Both the position numbers and the translations under genes were made by a program. 64,000 nucleotides of DNA from Azolla caroliniana. Its lineage: Eukaryota > Plantae > Polypodiophyta. Below are positions 51,498-64,000 of the stretch, piece after piece; position 1 is the stretch's first letter; every line of letters starts with the position of its first letter. The DNA lies in NCBI GenBank assembly GCA_043228905.1, contig JBHGNT010000015.1, forward strand, positions 62,001 to 126,000, given 5' to 3'. A model generated the notes under the pieces. The model saw only the letters and a program-made list of their open reading frames with translations. It made no database searches and had not been told where the DNA came from.

Positions 51498-53123
51498 TGT
51501 ACTGCATGTCCCCACCATTATGAAGAACTTGGTCTTAGTCAGCCAGATTGTCGAACAAGGAATGCAAGTACAATTCAACAACGACGGGTGCTTCATCGAA
51601 AGGGGCCGTTAAGTCATAGCTCATGGTTGATGAGAAGGCTATATGTTTATCCTCAAATCGAACGAGGTAAAGTCAACCATGTTCGCAAAGGACCTCAAAG
51701 TCAAAACAGACCTACATTTGTGGCACAAAAGAATCGGTCACATCAATCTCCAAAAACTTCAGAACATGCAATCGAAAGGAGTCCTAATCAGACTCCCGAA
51801 CTTTACCGTGAAGGAGATTATGGGCGTATGCGAAGGGTGCCAGTTCAGAAAGCAACACCTACATCCATTCCCGAAAGAGCGGAATGTGCGCAAAGGGATC
51901 TTGGATGTTGTACATTCAAATGTATGGGGACCGTCCTAGACAAGCACACTCAGCAGATGCCGATATTACATTACGTTCATCAACAACTTCTCTAGGAACA
52001 CCTGGATCTACCCGATGAAACAAAAGAGTGAAGTGTTCAGATACTTCCAGAGATTCAAAGCCAAAGTCGAAAAAGCTACGGATTGGCATGTACGCTGCCT
52101 TCGATTGGATGGAGGCAAAGAATACTTTTCGGATGAGTTTATGCCGTATCTCTAAAAGAAAGGAATCCGACGAGAATTCTCATGCCATCACACACCTCTG
52201 CAGAACGACGTAGCTTAGCGTAAAAACCGACACATAGTAGAAGTCGCACGGGCTATGATGAATGAGAAGAACTTGCCGAATTCGTACTGGGCAGAAGCGG
52301 CGAACACGAATGTATACCTCATGAATAGATGCACAACCTCGGGAGTACACGATGTAACTCATGAGAAGTTCTTTGGAAAGAAGCCAAACTATCACATGTC
52401 CGCATTTTCGGTGCAATCGCTTACGTACATGTTCCCGATGATACGCGATAAACACTCGACCCGAAGTCGGAGAAATGTATCCTCATAGAATACTCACTCG
52501 AACAGTAGGGATACAAATGCTACAACCCATCTACCCAAAAAGTTCGAACAAGTCGAGATGTAGTCTTCGACGAATACGCATCCTGGTATGCACCAGACAA
52601 TACTTCAACTCCAACTCCGATTGATGCGGATGACGCCGAAATAGAAATAGAAGCTGAGGATCGGCTCACGCAGATGTTCGAAGACAACCCGATTATGACA
52701 CAGCTTAGTGGACCACGGGAGCCTCCGAGTGACCAAAGCACACTTTGACCGAGTCTGAAACTCGACAAAGGGAAGGCCAAGATGTCCGAGATACGAAGAT
52801 CCAATTGGCGACACGTCAACTCACTCCCTTGAAAGTGAGTTTGAAGGCTTGGACATCCCAATCATCCAGACAGATGGAGCGAAGAAAGCCGCAAACGAGA
52901 AGCTCTGTCGATTGACCCGTGAAAAGAACCCTGTAAGCTGCTTCAGCTACAACGATTATATGGCGTACCATTATGCCTTCATGATGAAGGTAGCGTCAGT
53001 ACGGGAGCCGGAGACGCTTTCCGAAGCCATAAAGGATCCGCGATGGGTCGATGTGATGCATGAGGAAATCGAGGCGTTATACAAAAACGAGACATGGGAT
53101 CTCGTCCCTCACACTCAACCACT

Positions 53124-53838
53124 TGCAGGGAATCCATCTTGTCCTGCATGACACTAAACCACTTGCAGCTATGGGTGTCTCCCCTTGCTTCTTCAAAGCT
53201 TTCCGGTTCCCCCTCATCGGTTAGCAACACATGCTCTGCATCCGGAAATCTTCGGGGGGCACTTCTCTCCCGGAGAGGATATCTCCGTCCTTGGTTTCTG
53301 ACTGCCGGTTCCTCCGTTTGTTCCGAATCTGAATCCAATTCTGGATCTTGTTCGGTTCCGGTGTCTTCTTCTTCGGTCGGTTCGGTTTCCTGTTTACGTG
53401 GAAAACCCTAACAGGGAAAAAACCACGGGAGCCCAGAGACTCCGAACTATCACTATGAAGAGAAGGGGTACAATCAGAGACTCGGAGGCAACGACCTCGA
53501 GCTCTGTTTCTTCGCACAGTGGCGGTTACAACAGAGTATCACTCTGTATCTCTCTCTCTCTCCCTCTCATCCTTTACAACAGTTATAACAACATGACAAC
53601 AACACAATCACACTCTCACACATACAAAGTGATTGACCTAAGTCATATTTATAGTTATGAACTTACGGCTATTTACAAATATAGCCTCAATGGGCTTATT
53701 CAAGAAATATTTACAAATCTATCTTCTCTTCCGGTTCTCATCGGGTCCACCGATCTGGTTTCTGGATCTCTTTCGGTTCTCACCGGGTCCTCTTTGTTCA
53801 ACACCGGATCCCATCTGGAGAGACCGATTTTCCCAACA
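53124..53838 (-). mobile_element. Internally deleted family-1-related Copia: partial LTR fused to an IN-RT linker fragment
   Basis: 53392-53838 is LTR, ending CCCAACA. 53124-53391 encodes RRYPLRER..LLTDEGEPESFEEA..MDSL. Confidence 0.85.
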
Positions 53839-54257
53839 GGTGGGTAGATAGTTCTACTTGAATCTTGCACACTCACTCCAGATGATCATATGCACTAGGA
53901 TTTGTGGGTAATTCAGGAACTTCGAATACACACCAATGAGGATGATAGGTTATATGAGCATAGAATGGTGTAACCCTAATAGGAGAGTGGATAGAATTAT
54001 TATAAGCAAATTCGGCATATTGTGTAATATGTTTGCCCAATCATCTTGTTGATAGCTTAGGAAACACCGAAGATACTGCTCCAGTGTTTGATTTGTACGT
54101 TGTCACGGTAATCCGTCTGTACATGTAGGATCGGGGGTGGGACCACGGGGTCTTGCACTGGAGAGAGATGGCGGAAGAAAGACCGAGCTTCGCCGGAACC
54201 AACCACTCCTCTAATGCGCTGGTTAGAGCGTTTCCATATGTGTACTGGAGGCCACTG

Positions 54258-54298
<41 letters not shown>

Positions 54299-54322
54299 AT
54301 ACACACATCACCCACACAACAC

Positions 54323-55037
54323 TGTCGTAGTGTACTTTGTGCACTACGTAAAATATGTGTAGAGTACTCGATTGACTAACTATAAAGAGATAGGAGAGAA
54401 TACTAAAATGATTATGTTACATGCATAGAGCATGATTAAACCATGTACCTCCATGTTAACAATTTCAAGCCTTACCATTGTGCTAGCACATTATAAGTAT
54501 AAAAGTTATAAATTCTAGTTATACAAAAGTTCATCCCATGTAATAAGCATAAAATAAAAGTTGTTCATGCATAAACACTCGAGTTAAAAGAAAAAAAATA
54601 TGATAGAGAAAGTTATTCATGTACATTTGGTGTGCATGAACACTTGAGTTAAAAAGAAAAAGTATGATAGAAAAATCTAAGACATCTAGTGTGCATGAAC
54701 ACTCGAGTTAGAGAAATGTAGTCTTTTCCATCATTATATAATGATGGGGAAGCAAATTGTAAGGGGTTGTTGTTGAATTTTTTTCATAAGGGTTGATTAA
54801 TATATTATACTAGTGGGATGCACGAATTTTCTATCTATTTCTCTCTTTCAATCAAAATTCCTATTCTTTCCTAAGTATTGATTAATACATTATACTCGTG
54901 GGATTCATGAATTTCCTATCTTTCTTTCTTGCAATCTATTGATAACTAGACTTATCTCAAATTCTTCCTCCTCCTAGTCCAAAACCCAGCGGTTCCCACC
55001 CGACTCACACAACGATCCAGCACTGAAAGGCACGACA
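54323..55037. mobile_element. LTR of family X, opposite orientation to 41556-42259
   Basis: TGTCG...CGACA termini and homology to 41556-42259. No clean TSD. Confidence 0.75.
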
Positions 55038-55041
55038 CAAT

Positions 55042-55056
55042 TGGTGAACCCGACGT
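55042..55056 (+). promoter_or_regulatory. Primer-binding site complementary to plant tRNA-Trp
   Basis: TGGTGAACCCGACGT is the reverse complement of the tRNA-Trp 3' end ...ACGUCGGGUUCACCA (recalled sequence). Confidence 0.8.
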
Positions 55057-55873
55057 CAAGACGGGTGGCAAGGAGATGGAGAATCGACAAGAGGCTAACA
55101 ACATGGTGACAATGTTCAAGACAATGTTACAAGAACAACGCACAATGTTGGAGATTGAGGCGGCAGTAGAGTGGCTCATGCAACGGAACGGGTAATTCAA
55201 CGGGAAGGATGTGTCACGTTATTTGCGGTACTACAAGGCGGAGATGCTATAGTGTGGAATATCGGAAGGATTGCAAGTGACATCCTTTAATTGGGTGGTT
55301 GTGGATGGGCTTCAAGGGAGTATCCATGGGATACGACAACAAAATCCGACGTGGTCGCCGTTTGAAGAAGCGCTGAAGACCACATCCGCTATCAAGGACT
55401 CCTCCAAGGAAACATGGAGAGGATTCGAAGAGTGGGTGAAGACACCGGACAAGGGGTTGAAGGTCCTCGATGTGTTTTCGGCATTCGAAATTTGATTCCG
55501 GAGGCTGTCCACAAGACATCAAGCTATCCTTGCACTGGACAAAGTGATCATGTTCTTACGAGCCATGGATATCCGGGACCGGAAAGATCTTGGAGCTCTT
55601 CTAGAGGATATGACTACTGAGAGTGGCCTCACCAATACATGGGAAAACGTGCGGGGCGTCATCACGCGATACACAAAGAGGGGGCAATGGCTTGGTAATG
55701 AAGAAAAAAGGGTTTCGGAACCAATTCCGAGACCAAGAGCCGGATTGGAAGACCATCAACCGTGGGCTTGGGAGACTACGACTGAGAAGGGAATTGATGC
55801 AACCATAGTGGAGCAGTTACTAAAGGGGATGGAGAATCTCAAAATTGCGATGGTGAAGGAATCGGAAGACCGT

Positions 55874-57177
55874 TGTCGCGAAAATACGACGAGGATACGC
55901 GAACTTTGAGGCAGGACCCCGGGGCCTTCGACCAGAAGATATCGGATTCGTATGATTATATTAAACAATTAATACAAAATGATAAAGATTCACAAATTTC
56001 ATTAATAAAGGGAAAAGAAATTACAATATGTCCCAAGATTGGGATTTAGAAGTTTTAGGTTTACTAAGATTAATAGAAAAGAAAAATTAGGGGTTTTGGT
56101 AGATATGGCTTCCGTAGGGAAGATTAGGATTAGGTTCTATGAGTATTATGGCTTCCTAAGATAAGGGAGTTGAGAAGAAAAATTAAGATAATATGGAGAG
56201 TCTATCCTAGTGTAGGAAAAAAAATGGAATAAAAATGGAGTTTTTTCTTGATCATAGCTTTTCCCACTTTTTGTTGCATGGCCTCTACTTTTAGTTGCCT
56301 AGCTTTTTCTTTTGGTTGCATGTGACTGTCTACATGACCTTTACTTTTTCCATGCACTCCTTCTTTAGTTGCTTGTGTCCACATGGCCTTTACTTTAGTT
56401 CTCTTCACTTTACTTTAGTTTGTTGTATGATCCAATCTTTCGTCCGTCCGCGTCCAACATCGTCCGGTAGCCGGTTCCATTTTGCTTGCCGGTCGGTTCC
56501 GGTTCCGATTTTGCTTGCCGACCGGTTCCGGTTTGGTTGCCGGTTCCAGTTCCGGTTTGCTTGCCAGTTTCGGTTCCGGTTTTGCTTGCCGACCGGTTTC
56601 CGATTTTGCTTGCCGACTGGTTCTGGTTTGCTTGCCGATTCCGGTTCCGGTTTGCCTGCCGGTTTCGGTTCCGGTTTTGCTTGCCGGCCAGTTTCCGGTT
56701 TTGCTTGCCGGCCGGTTCCGGTTTGCTTGCCGATTCCAGTTCCGGTTTTGCTTGCCGGCCGGTTCCGGTTTGCTTGCCGGTTCCGGTTCCGGTTTGCTTG
56801 CCGACCAGTTCCGGTTCCGATTTTGCTTGCCGACAAGTTCCAGTTTGCTTGCCGGTTCCAGTTTTAAGGAATTTGGCCACCATCATCTATCAAGACAAGG
56901 TGGCCAAAGTGCTCTTTGCACAAATGAAGAATGAGGGAGCTCAAGGTGCTTATATAGCCAGGGCCTTAAGTTTCCTATCTATGTGGGATAGTTTTAATTT
57001 TTCTATCTTCTCAAACTTTATTTTCACATAACTTGATACGTATTTCTCCATTTTGTATATAGTAAAATACGTTTTGAAGCTCTTGAGTATATCCATCTTT
57101 CTATAGTAAGATACTAATCTAATCTATAATAATTATTTCATTATTTTTTTACATAGTGTGTGAAGATTCACACGACA
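55874..57177 (-). mobile_element. Solo LTR (family Y), 1304 bp, 4-bp TSD
   Basis: TGTCG...CGACA termini, TSD CCGT, homologous to 61337-62292. Orientation inferred from the PPT next to the sister copy. Confidence 0.9.
56475..56862. repeat. CCGG-rich minisatellite inside the family Y LTR
   Basis: Irregular ~18-24-bp units of TTTGCTTGCCG(A/G) + (GTTCCG)n. Confidence 0.95.
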
Positions 57178-60100
57178 CCGTCCCACAAGTTCCAAGTATA
57201 TCGATTGTCGATGCATATGGTGCAATAGCACCGAACATGATCGGAAAGATTGCGATGAGCACAAGGAGGCTCTACGACGGGATCTCATCTACTACGAGGG
57301 AAATCAGATCCATTCGATGGACTCTTAGAAGCCACTTTGACCGAACTTTCGAAAAGGTGGCATGAAGAAGGTCCTAGAGGAGGAGATTGCGGCAAAAAGA
57401 AATTATCTGACAACCGCGGGAATACGAGTGGGTGAAACATCTAGAGTGAAGTCGTCTTTCTGGTCGAAAGTACTAGAAATCTTCGAGAAAACCGACCTTG
57501 ATGAAATTCGGAGCACTGCGAAAGGCATCCAAGAAGCTACGGGATGGGAGTGTCTCGTACATATAAGCCCTATGCCAATTAGATGAGGTGTATGTACATG
57601 AGACACAATGGCGCACGGATGATGCAGTCAGACCATTGAAGACACCAGAGACTGGAATTTCGAAGGAAAAGGAAAAGGGAAACCGATTTCGGCATTCAAA
57701 CTCGGCTCAGACATCGAACAACGGACGAACCTAAAGAAGGTGTTCGAAGAGAGAATCCTTGATAGTTAGGTAGAATTTTCTCTCTGAGAATTCCTCGGAA
57801 TAACAAAGAAAGAGTTCCACGATCTCCTCGTGGATCTCTTGAAAAGAAAGAGGCAAGATATGGAGGCATCAAATGCTCCAAGGGTGAATGAGAATACCGT
57901 TCTAATGAATGACATGGAAGTGGAGGATGAGATTTCAAACTCCCACTACACAAAGCCACACTGGGTACGGGCAACTACAGAGACTCCGATCCGGATTGGA
58001 AACATCAAAGAGCCCATAGTTGCGTTGATTGATCATGGATCGGAGATCAACCTGATGTCCAAGGAGTTCTACCGGAAGGGGAAGTGGCCTATTAACACCA
58101 ATCATGGATGGAAGATCCGGGCAGCCACTAAAGCAACGGAAGGCCTATTTGCAGCTTCTTCGGATGTGACAACGAAGATCATAGATGAGGAGATTGACCA
58201 AAATTTCTTCGTGCACGATGAGGTTTCACATTTCGTGATCCTCGAGCAACCCTTTAACATGACTTCACGGATGGAAACAAAGTTGCTCGATTGCAGAGTG
58301 GCTTTTGCATGAATTCGGAGCCCAAGCAGAGGGAATACCATCCAATTCCTAGTTGTGCCATCGAATCACGAAAGGAATAAGAGAGAGCTCTTGTCCCAAA
58401 CAAAAATGGATTTTTAAAGTGGATCGTTGAGGAGTGGGGATGCGATAGTCCTAAAAGCCCTGATACCCCATACAAGAAGAAAACTCTTGGAGTGAAAAAA
58501 GTGTGAATCAGTCCAGATGGGGTATCTACGTACATGGTCGTGACCGGAGAAATGAAGAAAGAACTCCGGAAGATGCACGATGAGCTATGGTCTGCATCAA
58601 TCATAAAAGAGGACGATGAAATCATGGGAGTAATCAAAGAAGTGTTCTACAGAAGCACGCTACAACAAGTTGAAGAGTTTGCCAAAGAGAATAGCCAAGA
58701 AGATCGGGTAGTTCCGATGGAATCAATCGAGATGTACAAGATCATTGCGGAAATGGGGCCGGATGTAGTCCACAAAGAAGAAGCAATGGTATGTATGAAA
58801 TACAAGACTGTAGAAAAGAAGGTGAAACCATCTGCGGGACCGTTACCTGCCAATAGTGAACAAAAGAGGAAAGAAGTCTCGGGAGATCCGACACTTCAAA
58901 AGTCCATGGATATCGGACATACCTTCACGAATGAGACCCGGAAGAAACTCTGGATCAGTGGAGATGGGTTCCTCTTACCGACTGAAGAAGAACGATTTCG
59001 TGAGATGTTGGAGTAGCATGGAAATGCATTTGCATTCACATCAAGAGAGATAGGGTGCATTGATCCGAAGATAGTGGAGCCGATGGTGATCTTCACGATT
59101 GAACATGTGTCGTGGAACTTGAAGCCAATTCCAGTGCCATTGGTGCATATTCCGAAAATCATTGACATGCTCAAGGAGAAGGTGGCGATAGGGATTCTAG
59201 ACCCATAAAATGCCCTGTGCTCAAATCGATGGTTTACGACTCGAAGAAGAATGGGTCACTCCGTTTCATTCAAGATTTGCAACTAGTGAACAAGGTCACG
59301 ATCCGGAACTCCGGAGTCGGTCCGATAGTGGATGAATTTGCGGAAGTGTTTGTCGGACGCGCGATATACTCCATCGTAGACCTATACTCCGGGTAAGACC
59401 AATTCCAACTAGCCATGGAGAGCCAAGATATCACTACAATGCGGACACCGATATGATTAGTCCGGATGTGCACGCTACCACAAGGAGCGACAAACTCAGC
59501 CGCACATATGATGAATGTGATGAACAAGGTGCTCCGAGACTGCATTCTAGAGATAACAATGTCGTTCCTAGATGACATTCCGATGAAAGGATGTGTGGTG
59601 GAAGAAAAGGATGAGAATATGGATGATTGGGGATGTCAAAAGTTCGTAGTCGACCATATTCGCGATTGTGAGAAAGTGCTACATAAGTTAGAAGATGTGC
59701 ACTTAACACTCTACAGAGAGAAATCAGCATTCGAACAAGAAGAGATATTGGTAGTCGGACATCTATGTGGACCCTACGGCCGAAGACCGTCACCAATCAA
59801 GATCAATGCGATTCAAGCTATGAAAGAAATATGCGAGTCCCAATTTGAAGTCCATAGATTTCTTGGTGCATGTGCATTTTATCAAATATGGATTCCGCAC
59901 TATGCACACATTGCGAACCCACTCTATCACTTGTTGCGGAAGGGTAAGAAGTTCGAATGGAGACCGGAACATACCAAAGTCATGAAGAAGCTCAAGAAAA
60001 CACTACGGAGGGCAGAAGCGAAGCACTTAAGAAGCCAAAATATCACTGACCGATCATAGTAATGGTTGATACAAGTCCAACTGGGATCGGTTGGGTCATC

Positions 60101-61336
60101 AACCAAGTCGACTCGGATGGTTCACGATACTCGATTCATTTCGGAGCAAAGGTTCTCAACGAAAGGCAGTGCGGATATGCACAAATTAAAAGAGAATTAT
60201 GGGGAGTCGTGTCGGAAATAAAATCAGATTGAGATTATTTGATCGAAACAGATTGTCTTCTGATACTCAGGATGATGCGATGTTGCACGGTACCGGATGT
60301 GGCTATGCTAAGATGGATTGCATATGTAAAGTCACTTAATCCGGAGGTTCAACACATCTCGGGAAAAAACAACATGGTAGCGGATATGTTATCAAGGGCC
60401 CGGTTCGAAGATGACAGTCGAATTGGATAATGAAGAAGTTTCCGTAGACTACTTTACTTCGGAGCACATATGCCGGGTGAACGTATTTCGGGAGTTCCGA
60501 GAAGATGAATATGAGGGAGAAAGCTTACTGATTAGGCAAGTGCTACAAAAAATTGAGGAATCATCAGACAATAAAGGAAAAAGAGTCGAGTTCTGAAGGA
60601 AGAAACGATAAGTCTAGACGTTCTTCTTGAACAATGGATTAATTTGGAGGGAGCCGAAAAGAGCAGATGGTATACCACTCTGGGTAGTCGGCACAAAGGA
60701 ACAACAGAAACAAGTAATATCCGAATTTCACAAATCTTATTGGGCTGGACATTGGGGAACTTGGGCAACATTTGCAAAGATCAAACAAAAATATTGGTGG
60801 AAGAATATGTACAAGGATGTAGCGGAGTTCACCGAAAGCTGCAAGAAATGTCAAATCTACTCCGGAGTTCAAGATCGAGACAAATTGCATCCAACATTCT
60901 CAACGACAATCAACTTTAAATGGATGGTCGACATTGTGGCCATGCCAACCGCGATCAGATAAAAGAAGTACTTGGTGTTAGCTCGGCAAGATCTGACGAA
61001 CCAAGTAAAAGGTCGGGCGCTACGAAGGAAAACATGTTATGCAATATGCCAATTTCTCTTGGAAGAAGTGTTCTACAGGTACGGGTGTGTAGGACAAGTC
61101 ATTGCGGATCGGGGAGAACTTGACACTGATAAAGCTAGGGAATTCTTCACCAAACATGGAGTAAGGTTGACACTAACCACGGCATACAATCCGAAAGCAA
61201 ACGGGAAGATTGAACAAGGACATAGTCCGATCGTTAAAGCACTTGCAAAAGCATGCGACGGAAGGGTGAAGAATTGGTCGCAGATGCTTCCGTATGCACT
61301 ATGGGCGGATCGCACAACCCATAGTTTTGTGACCAG

Positions 61337-64000
61337 TGTCGCGAAAATACGCCAAGGACACGTGAACTTGAGGCAGGACCCCCGGGACCTCCGACTAGAG
61401 GATATCATATTCGTGCATTTATACTTTTAAGAATTAACGCAAATGAGAAAATTTAGTAATTTTTCATTAGCAAAGGAAAAGAAAATTACAATCTACCCCA
61501 AGATTCGGATGCATAAGTTTTAGGTTTATTGAGATTAATAGAAAAGAAAATTTAGGGTTTTGAGAGATATGGCTTCCGTAAGGAAAATTAGGGTTTTTCG
61601 AGCTTTCGTAAGGAAAATTATTAGGGTTAGGATTTCTTCAATCCTCAATTTTTCCTTCCCATCTACCTCAATGAGAAAAAAAAAATTCTCTCTCCCCTTC
61701 TTTTTTTAATTTTTCTAATCTAGTTGCATGTGTCCACACATCACCCTTACATTAGTTGAATGGCCTCCACGTTCAGTTGCATGCGTCCACATGACCTTTA
61801 GTTTAGTTTAGTTTAGTTTACTTTAATTCGACTACATGATCCTATCATCCGTAAAGTTCGGCCCGTGCATGATCCGTCCGTCCGGTCCGATCCTTTTGCA
61901 TCTGTCCAGTCCAAAACCATTCTAAGCAATTTAGTCTCGTTCGTCCATCCGGTCCAAAACCGTTCTAAGCAATTCGGTCTCATTCATCCATCCAAACATT
62001 TCAGCCCGGATCACCTTGATCGTTCAATGCTCCAAACACACATATAAACTAATGGGTATCTTATATACTGTTGTATCCAAAAGTTTCCTGTCTATGTGGG
62101 ATATCTTAAAATTCTATTCCCCCATCTTCTCAAGCTTCACACTTACATAACTTGATATGTAGTCCATTTTATATGTAGTAAAATGTGTTCAGAAGCTCTT
62201 GAAGACGTCCATCTTTTTATACCAAGACATTAAGCTATTCTAAAATAATTATTTCATTATTTTTCATATCGTGTGTGAAGAACCACACGACGTTCACCCC
62301 CACCAAACCTACACATCCACCGGTATGTGCCAAGTGTGGTTCAAGGTCAATCTCCATCATAGATAGTTAGGTTATGAAGAAAGGAAAATATTTGGACAAG
62401 GATTAAAGATTTCAACTAGGCGGATGTAAACCACCAAATCCTTTGTCTGAGCTTTGCATTGCCACGACTGGTTGTCATTGCCTCTTCTGCCTTCCCCAAG
62501 CATAACCCTTCATGCACCATGCATGTGTCGCTTTCATTTAGATCATCTTCATGGACAAGACACTTCAATCTTCCTTCTTTCGTCAATCCAAGCTTGTCTT
62601 TGTTAGGCCTCATCCGAACATCGACTTTGTCTATTCCTTGGAGCCCATGCTTTCAGTACATGCTCACATTTAGGCTTTTAGACGACCAGATTGCATGTTT
62701 TCCAGTTTGTCTTTTCTCATGGTATGCTCTCATGTAAGAGTTGACCATCGATGGTTCGATATTCGTGATGGTGTCCTCTTTCGAGTTAGATATTGTGATC
62801 AAATCCCAAGGAACGCCCTTCGAATTCTCCTTTGGCCATCGTCGTGCACTATTGTGCTTTGTTTGACCTCTTCATCATATGTATTAGCTTTGACCTTTGC
62901 TTCCTCGCCATCACCTTCCATTTCTCCGGTCTTATGTTGGCTCTCGGGCACAATTGCCGAAGCTCTAGAACCGGTGTGGAGGGATTCTCATCTTTATCGA
63001 CTTTTGCCTTTGTCATGTTGTCCATGGCCATCTCTTTGGCTATCTCTCTGTTGCATGCATCATCTTCGGCCCTTGCTTCCTCGTTGCCATTGTCCTTCTC
63101 ATGGGTCTTACATTAGTTAATGCCCAAGTCTCTCGAATCAGTGTGGAGGGATCCATACATTTTCGTAGTTTGTCTTTGCCGTGCTACCCTTAGCTGCTTC
63201 CACCTTGAGGTTGTTTGTATCGGCTTTGACCTTTGTTTCCTCACTGCCACCTTCTGTCTCTTGGGTCTTACATCGGTTAATGCCCAAGTCTCTAGAACCA
63301 TTGTGGCGAAAGTCTCTTCATGGTCACCTTCTACCCTCTTCACCTCAACGTTATTCTCCACGGCTATCTCTTCAAACTCATGGGCCTCATACCCTTTGTC
63401 TTCCTCGATCACGCAAGCTTTTCTCATACTGGCTTCTTCATCACTTGATGTTTCGGACACAACATGTGTTCTGAAATGCTCATCTACTCTCAAAGCGGCA
63501 TTTCCCGCTCTCCAGTCTTCGGCCCTTCTCTTGACCATCGTTCCTCCGTAAGTTGAGAAGGTGGCTTGTTCCACACCTTCTCCCGTGGTACTGTCATACC
63601 GAACCTGGGCCTTCGTATTGGTCGTATCATTACTCTGTATTTGTTGGGAGGTCTCTTCTTCCTTGATCACCATTTGCCTCGGTTTTGGCTCCATTATAAA
63701 CTCCTCATTAACATCGACGTTTAAGTTCTCGAATACTTCTCTCATCAAAGCTTCTATGTTGAGTGTCTTCGAATATTCTCTCTTTGAGCTGCTCTCTTCT
63801 TTTGGTGGTGCATGTTGCCACATCTCATCCTCCTTTGATCATCCCTCGTAGAACATGTTGGTGTCGACAAGATTCCCATCTTTCTCTTGCCATGTTGCCG
63901 ATATACTCTTTCAACATAGGCCCAATTTTCGGTGAGGCCATTTGCATCATCATCATCGTCAAGTCGGATTCCAATGACCTTCCTTTCCTTCAGATTTATC
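61337..64000 (-). mobile_element. Family Y LTR element: 3' LTR 61337-62292 plus 3' internal region, continuing past the window end
   Basis: LTR homologous to 55874-57177. PPT-like GGTGGGGGTGAA (minus strand) at 62293-62304. Decayed charged ORF at 63113-63823. Confidence 0.78.

Larger units (their letters stand above)
48418..53112 (+). mobile_element. Decayed Ty1/Copia D (family 2 relative), truncated at the RT start
   Basis: 5' LTR 48418-48746, degenerate PBS TGGTATTGGAAC, gag from 48835 (MNTQMGNALPTEKLD), PR, IN, ending NETWDLVP. Confidence 0.9.
53839..61336 (+). mobile_element. Decayed Ty3/Gypsy, non-chromovirus, tRNA-Trp primed
   Basis: PBS 55042-55056, gag from ~55076, ALIDHGSEINLM protease, LPQGATNS/FLDDIPMKG RT, VDTSP RH, ADRGE/YNPKANGKIE integrase. 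53839-54322 is probably an LTR remnant. Confidence 0.88.

Noticed and set aside
56295-57031. Overlapping ORFs in five frames
   Set aside because: Translation of a stop-free minisatellite.

Overview
Eukaryotic (land-plant) genomic DNA. A non-seed plant such as a fern is inferred from the Tcn1-type chromovirus and a tRNA-Trp-primed 'GATNS/FLDD' gypsy; this is not proven. Two host genes lie in a central island: a 2-exon GH17+X8 beta-1,3-glucanase (+, 20118-21843) and a 3-exon FUSC/ALMT-like transporter (-, 33991-29334). Deeply nested LTR retrotransposons flank them. Left: an old Copia (family 2) carries a rearranged Tcn1-like chromovirus (TSD TGTGT) and a young Copia (family 1), which contains a sister copy of itself (TSD CGGCT). 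Right: an RT-less Copia with both LTRs, an RTEX/L2-like LINE fragment, a decayed Copia with two solo LTRs, and a tRNA-Trp gypsy interrupted by TGTC...GACA LTRs, some with 4-bp TSDs. Most notable: (1) degenerate tRNA-like Pol III A/B-box cassettes inside the LTRs of two unrelated families, plus a convergent pair; (2) a chromovirus 5' end rebuilt from inverted LTR and antisense pol pieces, which resembles an autointegration scar and a hairpin/dsRNA 'killer' allele; (3) a candidate -1 frameshift cassette. All alignments were done by eye, so mismatch counts are approximate.
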